Both the position numbers and the translations under genes were made by a program. Shown piece by piece: positions 9,349-19,335 of a DNA stretch of 64,000 nt; within the stretch, counting starts at the first letter, position 1, and every line of letters starts with the position of its first letter. The notes below the pieces were generated by a model. The model made no database searches. It saw only the letters and a program-made list of their open reading frames with translations, and was not told the origin of the DNA. Source of the DNA: Candidatus Omnitrophota bacterium (GTDB taxonomy: Bacteria; Omnitrophota; Gorgyraeia; Zapsychrales; JANLHA01); contig OY759724.1 of NCBI GenBank assembly GCA_963662715.1, positions 2,074,662-2,138,661 on the forward strand. Reading direction: 5' to 3'.

Positions 9349-10473
9349 ATGAGTCGAGTTATCCTGTGTTTGCTACATCTTCCTCCACCGCACATCGGGC
9401 CGTCAGTCATCAATGAATCGGTCATCCAGAGCCTTTCTTTGAACCCGGAATTCGAATGTGATGTTTTCCCGATCAATACGTCGAATCATATACAGCAGAT
9501 CAACCGGTTTTCATTAAAGAAAGTTTCTGTCCTTTTCACAATGAGCTTTAAGCTGATCAGGAGGTTGCTGAACAGAAAGTATCATTTGGTTTATATGTCC
9601 CTGACGCCTACGGGAATCGGATTCTTAAAAGATTTTATCCTGGTGATGATCTTGAAAATGCGGGGTGTTTGCCGGCTTTACCATCTGCATGGCAAAGGGG
9701 TTCATGAGAAACAGAACGTATTCATGACATGGCTTTACCGCCTGTGTTTTAAAGGAAGTCATGTCATTCTGCTGTCGGAAAGCCTTTATCCGGATATCAA
9801 GTGTTATGTTCCTCGTGAGCAGGTTTCGGTCATCCCTAACGGCGTCCCCGAGGATATTGATGCGAAAGCCTGGGAGAAAATAAGAGAGCGGCGGAGACAG
9901 CCTCATGTCTTTCATGTCCTTTTTTTAGCGAACCTGGTGAGAAGCAAGGGGATCTTCACGGCGTTGGAAGCGGTGCGTCAACTGCAGCAGAAGGAGCTGA
10001 AGTTCCAATTTTCTGTTGTCGGTGCGGATTTTGATGTCACACAGGCCGAACTGGTCGAATGGGTGGAGCAAAATGACCTGCAGGAAACGGTTTTTGTTTT
10101 AGGATACAGAAGCGGGGCGCAAAAACGGGAGATATTTGAAAGAGCGGATATTTTTATTTATCCGACACAAAAGGATACTTTTCCTCTGGTCCTTTTGGAA
10201 GCTATGCAGTACGGTTTGCCGGTCGTTTCGACTTTTGAGGGGGCTATCCCTGATATTGTTGACGCCAATCAGACCGGGTTCTTGGTCGCTCCCGGATCAG
10301 CAACGGATCTGGCGGAGAAGATTGAATTTTTAATGAAGGATACGGAATGGCGGAGCAACATGGGGGAACAGGCACGCGCCAAATTCGTCCGGGAGTATAC
10401 ATTTTTTATCTTTGAACATCGGCTGAGCGCTGTTTTTAAAAAGGTGTCTGATGATCGTGCAGCGCTATCTTAA
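9349..10473 (+). CDS. Glycosyltransferase family 4 (GT-B)
   Basis: C-terminal EDTFPLVLLEAMQYGLPVVSTFEGAIPDIV and TGFLV motifs typical of GT4/GT1. Confidence 0.85.
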   Translation: MSRVILCLLHLPPPHIGPSVINESVIQSLSLNPEFECDVFPINTSNHIQQINRFSLKKVSVLFTMSFKLIRRLLNRKYHLVYMSLTPTGIGFLKDFILVMILKMRGVCRLYHLHGKGVHEKQNVFMTWLYRLCFKGSHVILLSESLYPDIKCYVPREQVSVIPNGVPEDIDAKAWEKIRERRRQPHVFHVLFLANLVRSKGIFTALEAVRQLQQKELKFQFSVVGADFDVTQAELVEWVEQNDLQETVFVLGYRSGAQKREIFERADIFIYPTQKDTFPLVLLEAMQYGLPVVSTFEGAIPDIVDANQTGFLVAPGSATDLAEKIEFLMKDTEWRSNMGEQARAKFVREYTFFIFEHRLSAVFKKVSDDRAALS

Positions 10474-10482
10474 GGAGATCTC

Positions 10483-12384
10483 ATGTGCGGCATAAACGGA
10501 TTAAGTGGATTCCCGGAAGGGGCCGCGCTTGTCCAGAATATGAACCAGGCTATCAGGCACCGGGGGCCTGATGCCGAAGGCGTGTGGCAGGACGAGTGTT
10601 TGACGCTTGGGCATCGGCGGCTTTCGATTATCGACCTGTCTCCGGAGGCCAATCAGCCGATGGCGAGAGACGGTTTTATTATCGTTTATAACGGAGAAAT
10701 ATATAATTTCCGGGAATTAAGGGAAGATTTAAAACGAAAAGGAGCCCTTTTTAAGACGCGTTCGGATACCGAAGTCGTCCTGGAACTTTTTCGCCATTAT
10801 CGCGAGGAAAGTTTTTCTAAACTTCAGGGGATGTTTGCCTTTGGCCTCTACGATTGTAAGAATAAAGAATTGTATCTGGTCCGGGACTATTTTGGCATTA
10901 AACCTCTTTTCTACTGGCATGCGCCGCCTGACCGTTTGGCTTTCTCCTCGGAATGTAAATCGTTCCTGAATCTTCCGGGGTTCCGGAAGGAATTGAACCC
11001 CGGGGTTCTCGTCTCCTGCCTGAATTATCTTTGGCCGGCAGGGGATGAGGCTATTTTTAAGGATGTTTTCAAGGTCCCTCCGGCCCATTACCTGAAAGTG
11101 CGTTTTCAGCGTAACGGGATCGCTTTGACCCAAAGACGGTATTGGGAATGGCCGGATCCCCTTTTTTCTCCGGGGCCGGAGCAAGAACATATAGAGGCCT
11201 TATCCGCCATTCTTGAGAAGAGCGTTGAGGAACATCTTGTTTCCGATGTGCCTGTCGGAGCTTTTTTAAGCGGGGGGTTAGATTCTTCATTAATAACGAC
11301 GTTGGCCCGGAGGCATAATCCGGATTTGTCGACTTATACCATATCGATCTCGCGGAAAGCCCAGCAGGTGGAACGCATGCCGCGGGACAACTTTTATGCC
11401 CAGGCGGTGGCTTCGTATTTGGGTGTCCGTCATACAGATATTCCCGTAGAGCCTTCTGTGATCGACGCTTTGCAGAATATGGTTGAAATTTTGGACGAGC
11501 CGATCGGGGATCCGGCCGCAATTAATACTTATCTTATTTGCCGGCTGGCCCGGGAAAGAGGGATAAAAGTGCTTTTGTCCGGCATGGGGGCCGATGAAAT
11601 ATTTGCGGGGTACAGGAGGCATTATGCCACGCTCCTAAGCCGAAAAATACAGCGGTGCCCGGGGTTCATGAAAAAGGCCGTCTCCCGGACCCTTTCCGTT
11701 CTGCCGGTTCGTCTGGGCTCTTACGGCCTGCGGCCCGTCCGCTGGGCCAAGCGTTTTTTTTCTTTTGTCGACATGCCTTTCGCAGAAGCCTATATGCGCA
11801 GCTATTCCTATTATGACCGAAACGAGCTGAGAGAAATCTTTAACGGGCGGTATGATGCCGAGATTGATGAGCTATTCGATCACCATGACCGGCTTTTTAA
11901 CGACGCCAGAAACTGGGATGAGATCAATAGGATGTGTTTTACAGATATTCATATGTTCATGACGGGTTTGAATTTGACGTATACCGACCGGGCTTCTATG
12001 GCGGCTTCGGTGGAAGTCCGGGTGCCTTTTATTGACAAGAATGTTATAGAATGGGGCATGTCTTTGCCGGGTTCCTATAAGATTAAAAATAATACTTCAA
12101 AATATATTTTAAAGAAAGTGGCCGAACGGGATTTGCCGAAACGTATTGTTTACCGCCCCAAAGCTTCTTTCGGCATGCCTTTACGGGCTTGGATGAATGG
12201 AGAACTTCGGGAATTAGTGGACGATGTTTTATCTTATGATAATATAAAAAAGCGCGGGATTTTAAATCCTGACCTGGTCAGGACAATTATCCGAAGAGAC
12301 CGGGAAGGGCGGGAGGACCATGCGTACAGGATTTATCAATTTTTAACTTTGGAATTATGGTTGCGGAAAATCACCGGGGTATAG
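10483..12384 (+). CDS. asnB: Asparagine synthase (glutamine-hydrolysing) family amidotransferase
   Basis: N-terminal MCGI nucleophile, HRGPD and RRLSIIDLS. PP-loop SGGLDSS in the synthetase domain. RBS AAGGAG. Confidence 0.9.
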   Translation: MCGINGLSGFPEGAALVQNMNQAIRHRGPDAEGVWQDECLTLGHRRLSIIDLSPEANQPMARDGFIIVYNGEIYNFRELREDLKRKGALFKTRSDTEVVLELFRHYREESFSKLQGMFAFGLYDCKNKELYLVRDYFGIKPLFYWHAPPDRLAFSSECKSFLNLPGFRKELNPGVLVSCLNYLWPAGDEAIFKDVFKVPPAHYLKVRFQRNGIALTQRRYWEWPDPLFSPGPEQEHIEALSAILEKSVEEHLVSDVPVGAFLSGGLDSSLITTLARRHNPDLSTYTISISRKAQQVERMPRDNFYAQAVASYLGVRHTDIPVEPSVIDALQNMVEILDEPIGDPAAINTYLICRLARERGIKVLLSGMGADEIFAGYRRHYATLLSRKIQRCPGFMKKAVSRTLSVLPVRLGSYGLRPVRWAKRFFSFVDMPFAEAYMRSYSYYDRNELREIFNGRYDAEIDELFDHHDRLFNDARNWDEINRMCFTDIHMFMTGLNLTYTDRASMAASVEVRVPFIDKNVIEWGMSLPGSYKIKNNTSKYILKKVAERDLPKRIVYRPKASFGMPLRAWMNGELRELVDDVLSYDNIKKRGILNPDLVRTIIRRDREGREDHAYRIYQFLTLELWLRKITGV

Positions 12385-12465
12385 GAAAACAGGGAATTTT
12401 TTGGCCCCCGAACGCCAGGAAGCTCAGTGTTCCTGAAAAATAATTGCGAGGAGGTCTTTTGAGAT

Positions 12466-14610
12466 ATGAGACAGATTGTTCAAAACTTGAAAACCGGAGA
12501 GCTGATTTTAGAGAATGTCCCGGCGCCTTCCGGGCAGCCCGGCAAGGTGCTTGTACAGAACAGATATTCTCTGATCAGTGCCGGAACCGAACGCTCAACG
12601 GTTCATACCGGGAAATTGTCTCTGCTGGGAAAGGCTAAGAAGAGGCCGGATCTTGTCAAACAGGTTATGGCAAACATCCGGAAGGAAGGCCTGGCCTCGA
12701 CCATTCACAAAGTCAAAAATAAACTCAATTGGCCTAAAGCTTTGGGCTACAGCAGCTGTGGCATTGTTCTGGCTTCGGACCGGCAGGGCCTTTTTCAGGC
12801 CGGTGATCTTGTGGCCTGCGCCGGGCAGGATTATGCCTCTCATGCTGAGGTTGTCTGCGTCCCGCAGAACCTTACGGTTAAAGTGCCGCCAGGCGTGTCT
12901 CCCGAAGAAGCCTGTTTCACGACAGTGGGCGCCATTGCTTTGCAGGGTGTGCGGCAGGCGGATGTCCGGATCGGGGAAAAGGTCTGTGTTATCGGGCTGG
13001 GGCTTATCGGGCAGCTCACCGCTCAGATTCTCAAAGCCAACGGCTGTTTTGTGTTCGGGATCGATGTCAGCGATCATGCGCTGAAGCTGGCTGAGGATTT
13101 GGGGATACAGGCAGCGGCGCATAGAAAGGCGGCGCATCTTCATCAGAGTCTGAATGCCTTTGCCGGTCCGCACGGTTTTGATAAAGTGATTGTCGCGGCT
13201 TCGTGCCAGAATAATGATCCGGTCCTTTTGGCCGCGGAAGTGCTCCGGAAGAAAGGCCTCATGGTCGTGGTGGGCAACGTCCCGGTGGATATCCCCCGGG
13301 AACCGCATTTTTATAAGAAGGAACTGGAACTGAAAATGGCGACCTCCTACGGGCCGGGCCGGTATGATCCTTCTTATGAGGAGCACGGCCTGGATTATCC
13401 TTACCCCTATGTCAGGTTCACGGAAAACAGAAACATGGAGGTTTTCCTGCATTTAATCGTCCAGGGTATGGTGCAGGTCAAGCCGCTTATAAGCCATGTT
13501 TTCGACTTCGCCGAGGCTTTAAAGGCTTATGACGTGATCATGGAACAAAAAGAGCCGTATACCGGCATACTTTTAAAATATGATGAAAACAGCAGGGCCG
13601 TTGAAACGCGGCAGGTTGCTGTTCATCATGATCCGGTCAAGGCCATCAATGTCGGGTTTATCGGGGCGGGGAGTTTTGCCCAGGGACATCTTCTGCCTGC
13701 CTTGAAGCAATATGATGTTTCTCTCGATACGGTTGTCACGACACAGGGGGTTTCCGCCAAAAACGTCGCGGATAAATTCGGCTTTCGTACGGCTTCCACG
13801 GAGGCAGAGGCCGTATGCTCGGCCAAGGATATCAATACAGTATTCATTGCCACCCGGCACAACACGCATGCCGGTTTTGTTTTGAGATGCCTGGCAGCCC
13901 GGAAGCATATTTTTGTGGAGAAACCTTTATGCTTAACGGAGGACGACCTTAAAGAGATCGCGTCCTTAGGCCCGGGAGGGCGTTTGTTTATGGTGGGGTA
14001 CAACCGCCGTTTTGCCCCGCTGAGTGTTTATGTGAAGGAACATTTGCCGTCTGATATGCGTCCGGTCATGATGAATTTCAGAGTTAATGCCGGATATATC
14101 CCGGCAGAATCCTGGATACAGGACAAAGAGGTCGGGGGCGGCCGCATCCTCGGAGAACTTTGCCATTTTGTGGATCTGATGCTGTTTTTTTCCGGATCTG
14201 TCCCGCGCCGGGTTTCGGCTTTCGGGGTGACCCCGAGGGGCAAATGGCAGAGGGATGACAATCTTGTCGTACAGTTGGAATTCCAGAATGGCTCTGTAGG
14301 GCAGATTTTGTATACAGCCATGGGGTCCTCCCGGATGCCCAAAGAACATCTGGAGATTTTTGCCGGAGGGAGTTCTTTTGTCATCCATGATTTCCGGGAA
14401 GCTAAAATATTTGTTCAAGGCCGCGAATCAAACGTGCGCCGGCCGGGGAAAGGGCATAAAGAGGAAATCGCCGCCTTCATATCATCCCTGCGGGACGGGA
14501 CGGAAAGCCCTGTCCCCTTCGAACATATCCTTTCGGTGTCGCTGACAACTTTTAAGATTATAAAAAGCCTGGAAACCCAGTCATCACAACTGGTCGATAT
14601 TCATGAATGA
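12466..14610 (+). CDS. Bi-domain oxidoreductase: N-terminal MDR/zinc-ADH-like domain fused to a C-terminal Gfo/Idh/MocA domain
   Basis: The N-terminal half is MDR-like (VCVIGLGLIGQL NAD fold). The C-terminal half has INVGFIGAGSFAQGHLLPAL, EKPL and GYNRRF, typical of Gfo/Idh/MocA. RBS GAGGAGG. Confidence 0.8.
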   Translation: MRQIVQNLKTGELILENVPAPSGQPGKVLVQNRYSLISAGTERSTVHTGKLSLLGKAKKRPDLVKQVMANIRKEGLASTIHKVKNKLNWPKALGYSSCGIVLASDRQGLFQAGDLVACAGQDYASHAEVVCVPQNLTVKVPPGVSPEEACFTTVGAIALQGVRQADVRIGEKVCVIGLGLIGQLTAQILKANGCFVFGIDVSDHALKLAEDLGIQAAAHRKAAHLHQSLNAFAGPHGFDKVIVAASCQNNDPVLLAAEVLRKKGLMVVVGNVPVDIPREPHFYKKELELKMATSYGPGRYDPSYEEHGLDYPYPYVRFTENRNMEVFLHLIVQGMVQVKPLISHVFDFAEALKAYDVIMEQKEPYTGILLKYDENSRAVETRQVAVHHDPVKAINVGFIGAGSFAQGHLLPALKQYDVSLDTVVTTQGVSAKNVADKFGFRTASTEAEAVCSAKDINTVFIATRHNTHAGFVLRCLAARKHIFVEKPLCLTEDDLKEIASLGPGGRLFMVGYNRRFAPLSVYVKEHLPSDMRPVMMNFRVNAGYIPAESWIQDKEVGGGRILGELCHFVDLMLFFSGSVPRRVSAFGVTPRGKWQRDDNLVVQLEFQNGSVGQILYTAMGSSRMPKEHLEIFAGGSSFVIHDFREAKIFVQGRESNVRRPGKGHKEEIAAFISSLRDGTESPVPFEHILSVSLTTFKIIKSLETQSSQLVDIHE

Positions 14611-15805
14611 CATTTATGAGTCTTTGGTTCGTTTAAAGGATTATTGTCAAAAGGCCGGTTATCAAGGATGGGATCCTTTTGACGGGTTGAATTCTGCCTT
14701 TTTTCAGGCATCTTTTTTAAGAAATTCCCCTTTGTTTCGGATGTGCTGGATTCAGTTCTTTAAGCGAAGCCCGGTTAACCTGCGGTCGGTCTTTCGTGTC
14801 CCCAAAGGATTCAATCCTAAAGGCATAGCTTTGTTCTTGCGCGGTTATGTCTGTCTGGCCCGGGCTTTTCAGGATGAAGCGGATTTCGCGGTTATTCGTT
14901 CCCTCGCGGAGACATTGCGTAATTCTGTTTCGGCCGGATACTCCGGGTCTTGCTGGGGATATAACTTCGACTGGCAGTCCCGGGCTTTTTTTGTCCCCCG
15001 CGGAACCCCGAATGTGATCGTCTCGACTTTTGCGGGACATGCTTTACTGGATGTTTATGAACTTCAGGGGGAAAAAAAATTCATGCAGATGGCGGTGTCT
15101 GTCAGCGATTTTATCCGGCAGGATTTAAACCGCCAGGAGGATCAGCACGGCGGAATGTGTTTCTCCTACACGCCTTTAGATCACTCACGGATTTTCAACG
15201 CATCTCTTTTGGCGTCGGCTTTTTTAGCCCGGGTTTACCGTTTAACCCGCGACCCCGCGCTTTTTATTGACGCCCAGAGGTCCGTGTCTTTTTGCTGCCG
15301 GCAGCAAAATGCCGACGGCAGCTGGTTTTACGGTATGAACCCGAATCAGCGATGGATCGACAGCTTCCATACGGCGTATAATCTGGAGGCCCTTTTTCAA
15401 TATCAGGATTGGACGGGAGATGATCAGTTTCAGGGATTTTTTGAAAAGGGTTTTTCTTATTATGCGAAAAATTTCTTTACCGAAGAAGGGGTCCCTAAAT
15501 ATTATCACAATCGTATTTATCCTGTTGATGTTCATTCCACGGCCGGCCTGATTTCTCTTATGCTGATATCCGGCCGTCATGCCCGATATGCTGATCTGAA
15601 TAAAAATGTATTGAAGTGGACAATTCGGCATATGCAGTCTAAAATAGGATACTTTTATTACCAAATTCACAAATGGTGCAAGATTGACATCCCGTATATC
15701 CGCTGGACGCAGGCATGGATGTTTTATGCGTTGAGCTTTTACGTGTATTATCTGAAAAAGAACCGTTTGGCTTTTTCATCCGAAGGAGATTGTCAGGAAG
15801 AATGA
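14603..15805 (+). CDS. Uncharacterised soluble enzyme of polysaccharide loci; a guess is an alpha/alpha-toroid fold, epimerase/lyase-like
   Basis: A 400-aa ORF that overlaps both neighbours (8 nt and 4 nt). Repeated aromatic-rich motifs (CWGYNFDWQSR, ADGSWFYG, IDSFHTAYNLEAL). The function was not recognised with confidence. Confidence 0.6.
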   Translation: MNDIYESLVRLKDYCQKAGYQGWDPFDGLNSAFFQASFLRNSPLFRMCWIQFFKRSPVNLRSVFRVPKGFNPKGIALFLRGYVCLARAFQDEADFAVIRSLAETLRNSVSAGYSGSCWGYNFDWQSRAFFVPRGTPNVIVSTFAGHALLDVYELQGEKKFMQMAVSVSDFIRQDLNRQEDQHGGMCFSYTPLDHSRIFNASLLASAFLARVYRLTRDPALFIDAQRSVSFCCRQQNADGSWFYGMNPNQRWIDSFHTAYNLEALFQYQDWTGDDQFQGFFEKGFSYYAKNFFTEEGVPKYYHNRIYPVDVHSTAGLISLMLISGRHARYADLNKNVLKWTIRHMQSKIGYFYYQIHKWCKIDIPYIRWTQAWMFYALSFYVYYLKKNRLAFSSEGDCQEE

Positions 15806-16911
15806 CACGAAGAAAAAAAGTCGTTTTTGTCGCCGGGGCCAGACCGAATTTCATGAAAATTGCCTGTCTGCTTAAGGAATGCCGCAAGTATAAGGCGATC
15901 CGGGCTATTGTTGTCCATTCCGGCCAGCATTATGATAACGAGATGTCGGAACAGTTTTTTAAAGATTTGGACATTGCTCCTCCCCGGTATTTTCTGGGGG
16001 TCGGGTCAGGGAGCCATGCCGAGCAGACAGGTCGTGTGATGGTGGCCTTCGAAAAGATCTGCCAAAAGGAGCGTCCCGATTACGTTGTGGTCGTCGGTGA
16101 TGTCAACTCCACGGTCGCGGCCTGCCTGGCCGCCAAGAAATGTCATATCCGCGTAGCCCATATCGAAGCAGGGTTGAGAAGTTTTGATATGGCGATGCCG
16201 GAAGAGATCAACCGCATGGTGACCGACAGTATTTCCGATGACCTCTTTGTCACGGAACAGAGCGGTGTCACCCATTTACGGAAAGAGGGGCATGCTGCGA
16301 AGAAAATTCATTTTGTCGGAAACACCATGATAGACAGCCTTATCCTGGCGATGAAAAAGATTCAACGTATGGACCCGCGGTCCTGGACGAGTTATCCTTT
16401 GCAGGAACAGTTGTCTTCTTATGGCTTGCTGACTCTGCACCGGCCCAGCAATGTTGACAGCAAAACGCAGCTTAAGCGATTGCTGGCTGTGGTTGATCAA
16501 GTGGCCCAGGAGATTCCCATCATATTCCCTGCGCATCCCCGGACCCGTAAAAGCATCAGAGAGTTTAAAGTTAAATTATCAAAGAATATTCATCTTACCC
16601 ATCCGTTAGGCTATTTGGAGTTTATCTTTTTATGCCAGAAAGCCGGATTCATTTTGACGGACAGCGGGGGGATTCAGGAAGAGACGACCTTTTTGAAAGT
16701 CCCCTGTTTCACTCTGAGGGCCAACACGGAACGTCCGGTCACTCTTGAAAAAGGGACGAACATCCTTGTCGGAAATAACATAGAGCAAATTCCCCGCCTC
16801 GTTCATCAGGTCCTCCGCGGTCAGTCCCGGGCGGGCCAGACGCCCCCTTTATGGGACGGGAGGGCCTCTCAGCGGATCATAAAAATTTTGGTGCGGAAAT
16901 TAATGATATGA
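15802..16911 (+). CDS. wecB: UDP-N-acetylglucosamine 2-epimerase (non-hydrolysing)
   Basis: VVFVAGARPNFMKI, HSGQHYD, VVVGDVNST, HIEAGLRSFD and LTDSGGIQEE motifs. ATG 15802 forms an ATGA overlap with the upstream stop. Confidence 0.9.
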   Translation: MTRRKKVVFVAGARPNFMKIACLLKECRKYKAIRAIVVHSGQHYDNEMSEQFFKDLDIAPPRYFLGVGSGSHAEQTGRVMVAFEKICQKERPDYVVVVGDVNSTVAACLAAKKCHIRVAHIEAGLRSFDMAMPEEINRMVTDSISDDLFVTEQSGVTHLRKEGHAAKKIHFVGNTMIDSLILAMKKIQRMDPRSWTSYPLQEQLSSYGLLTLHRPSNVDSKTQLKRLLAVVDQVAQEIPIIFPAHPRTRKSIREFKVKLSKNIHLTHPLGYLEFIFLCQKAGFILTDSGGIQEETTFLKVPCFTLRANTERPVTLEKGTNILVGNNIEQIPRLVHQVLRGQSRAGQTPPLWDGRASQRIIKILVRKLMI

Positions 16912-17681
16912 TAAGAGAGAGACGGATTAATATCCTGGACTGCCCCATTGATAACCTGAGCCGTAAAGAAACGGTGGCTCTGATTGAAGATATGATCCGT
17001 CAACGGCTCTCTTGCCAGCATGTCGTTATTAATGTTGACAAGCTTTTAAAAGTGCGGCGGGACCGGAAACTTCATGATATTATTTCTCAGTGCGACATCA
17101 TTAATGCTGACGGCATGCCGATTGTCTGGGTTTCCCGTTGGCTGGGCCAGCCTTTGCCGGAAAGGGTGGCCGGTATTGATCTGATGCATGATCTGGTGTC
17201 GTTGTCTGCGCAAAAGAACTATAGGATCTTTTTCCTGGGAGCCCGGCAGGATGTTGTGCAAGCCGTTGTCGGGAAATATCGGATGCTGTACCCGGACATT
17301 AACATTGTGGGGTTCCGGAACGGATACTGGCCGGAATCGGAAGAGGAAGACGTGGTTAACGAAATCAGAGCCGCGGCCCCGGATATCCTTTTTGTCGCGA
17401 TGAGCTCCCCGAAAAAGGAAATGTTTTTAAACAGATACCGGCAGAAACTTCGTGTCCCTTTTGTTATGGGCGTCGGAGGCAGCTTTGACGTGGTGGCCGG
17501 ATATACGCAACGGGCTCCCCTTTGGATGCAACGGCGTGGTCTGGAATGGCTGTTCCGTCTTATGCAGGAACCGAAACGCATGTGGAGACGATATTTGATC
17601 GGTAACACGCAATTTGTTTTTATCGTGGCCCGCGAGATGTTTGGTCCCAAGGCCAGAAGAAACAGCCCGCAGCATCAGTAA
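16908..17681 (+). CDS. WecG/TagA/CpsF-family glycosyltransferase (N-acetylmannosaminyl(uronosyl)transferase-like)
   Basis: INADGMPIVW, FFLGARQDVV, DILFVAMSSPKKE and LEWLFRL motifs. ATG 16908 forms an ATGA overlap with the wecB stop. Confidence 0.85.
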   Translation: MIRERRINILDCPIDNLSRKETVALIEDMIRQRLSCQHVVINVDKLLKVRRDRKLHDIISQCDIINADGMPIVWVSRWLGQPLPERVAGIDLMHDLVSLSAQKNYRIFFLGARQDVVQAVVGKYRMLYPDINIVGFRNGYWPESEEEDVVNEIRAAAPDILFVAMSSPKKEMFLNRYRQKLRVPFVMGVGGSFDVVAGYTQRAPLWMQRRGLEWLFRLMQEPKRMWRRYLIGNTQFVFIVAREMFGPKARRNSPQHQ

Positions 17682-17756
17682 GAATTTTATCCTGTTGCGC
17701 CCACGCGCTATTTTATTATCCCTCTACAATATAAAATAAGCCTGCCGTTCCTTCCC

Positions 17757-17783
17757 GTTCCGGATGGGGAAAAACTCCGGAAC
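17757..17783 (+). terminator. 8-bp hairpin downstream of the WecG-like gene; no T-tract, so terminator function is uncertain
   Basis: gttccgga (17757-17764) pairs with tccggaac (17776-17783) across an 11-nt loop. It lies in a 232-bp AT-rich spacer. Confidence 0.3.
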
Positions 17784-17913
17784 AGGAAAAATTATTGGCA
17801 GGTGTTTTGAAAAATGCTGTATGGATGTATAATTGATATTGCGAAATTAAAAATGAATAGGTAAAATGTAACATTATTAAAATTTATCATTCTAATACTA
17901 ATAATCTTTTTGT

Positions 17914-19323
17914 ATGATCACTTCCATCAGAAAAATCTATCCTCTTTATATCTTCATTGATTTTGTCTTGATCTGGAGCAGTTTTATCATTCCGTATTTT
18001 TTAAAATACAACGCCATTACGGATATTTTCCGGGTGATCACGCTGCCCAACCTTGATCAGTATATTTTTATCTTCGTTCTTTGGACGATATTTATCGTCA
18101 GTTTTTTTCAGGGAAAAGGTCTTTACGCCACGGACCGGAGCCTGCCCATCCCCAAAGAAATGGCGCGGGTGGCCTTAAATCTTTTTTATGTCAGCGTGAT
18201 CATGGCCGCCATCATATTTTTCGCTCAGTATAAATTTTTTTCCCGGAAGGTCTTCCTGGAGAACTTTTTGTCTTTATGTTTTTTGCTGGGAGGGTGGAGG
18301 GTCATCAAGAGGCTTATTCTGCGCAAGCTGATCGCCGGCGGCTTTCATAATATTAATGTCTTGATTGTCGGGGCCGGAAAAGTCGGGGGCGTCGTTCTGG
18401 AGGAAATCCGGCAGAATCCGCAGTGGGGATTCCATATTGTCGGATTCCTGGACGATCGTAAAGAGGAAATCGACGGATTCCCTGTCCTCGGGAAGGTGCG
18501 GGACTTTCCCTCGGTGGCCCGGAAACACTTTGTCGATGAAATTGTTGTGACAATCCCGTCTGTGCGGGAACTTATCGGGGATATTATCAAGAAGGCCAAA
18601 ACCATGCATCTCGGGGTGAGAATCGTTCCGGAGAATTTTGAAGGGCCGCTGTCTTTTATCGAAATCAATTATATGGGCATCATTCCCTTGCTGACATATA
18701 AACAGCGGAAACATCATCCTACGGAGTTTGCCCTTAAACGGCTGTTTGATATCATGCTGTCATTCGTGTTTATTGTTTTGTCATCCCCTTTATTTGTTGT
18801 TATCTCCCTTTTGATTAAATGGGATTCTCCGGGGCCGGTTTTTTATGTCCAACAGAGGGTCGGATTAAAAGGGAAGCGTTTTAATCTGTTTAAATTCCGT
18901 TCCATGTTCGATGGCGCTGAGCAAATGAAGTCCAGACTGTTAAATAATAATGAAGTGAAAGACGGTGTTATTTTTAAAATGAAAAAGGATCCCCGGGTCA
19001 CCCGTTTCGGGAAGTTGTTGCGGAAGTACAGCCTGGATGAATTGCCGCAGCTTTTTAATGTTTTTAAAGGGGACATGAGCCTGGTCGGCCCCCGGCCGCC
19101 GACCCCGGATGAGGTTGAACAATATCAACAGCAGGATTTGCAGCGCTTGTCCATCCGGCCGGGTGTTACGTGCATTTCTCAGGTCCGGGGCCGAAGCGAC
19201 CTGTCGTTTAAAAGATGGGTTAAATGGGATTTGTGGTATATCAATAACTGGTCTTTTGGTTTAGATATGCAGATTCTGCTGTGGACCGTGCCCGCCGTCA
19301 TAAAAGGAAAAGGAGCTTACTGA
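17914..19323 (+). CDS. Polyprenyl-phosphate glycosyl-1-phosphate transferase (WbaP/exopolysaccharide initiating 'bacterial sugar transferase')
   Basis: N-terminal TM segments and a central Rossmann-like VLIVGAGKVGG region. The C-terminal catalytic domain has KRLFDIMLS..., PGPVFYVQQRVG, FKFRSM, DELPQL and GDMSLVGPRP. Confidence 0.9.
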   Translation: MITSIRKIYPLYIFIDFVLIWSSFIIPYFLKYNAITDIFRVITLPNLDQYIFIFVLWTIFIVSFFQGKGLYATDRSLPIPKEMARVALNLFYVSVIMAAIIFFAQYKFFSRKVFLENFLSLCFLLGGWRVIKRLILRKLIAGGFHNINVLIVGAGKVGGVVLEEIRQNPQWGFHIVGFLDDRKEEIDGFPVLGKVRDFPSVARKHFVDEIVVTIPSVRELIGDIIKKAKTMHLGVRIVPENFEGPLSFIEINYMGIIPLLTYKQRKHHPTEFALKRLFDIMLSFVFIVLSSPLFVVISLLIKWDSPGPVFYVQQRVGLKGKRFNLFKFRSMFDGAEQMKSRLLNNNEVKDGVIFKMKKDPRVTRFGKLLRKYSLDELPQLFNVFKGDMSLVGPRPPTPDEVEQYQQQDLQRLSIRPGVTCISQVRGRSDLSFKRWVKWDLWYINNWSFGLDMQILLWTVPAVIKGKGAY

Positions 19324-19335
19324 TGCTGGAAAGGC

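Noticed and set aside
12595-13452. 285-aa minus-strand ORF, and the 168-aa + strand alternative-frame ORF at 12578-13084
   Set aside because: Both overlap the bi-domain oxidoreductase, whose frame carries clear Rossmann and Gfo/Idh/MocA motifs. The overlapping frames have no motifs.
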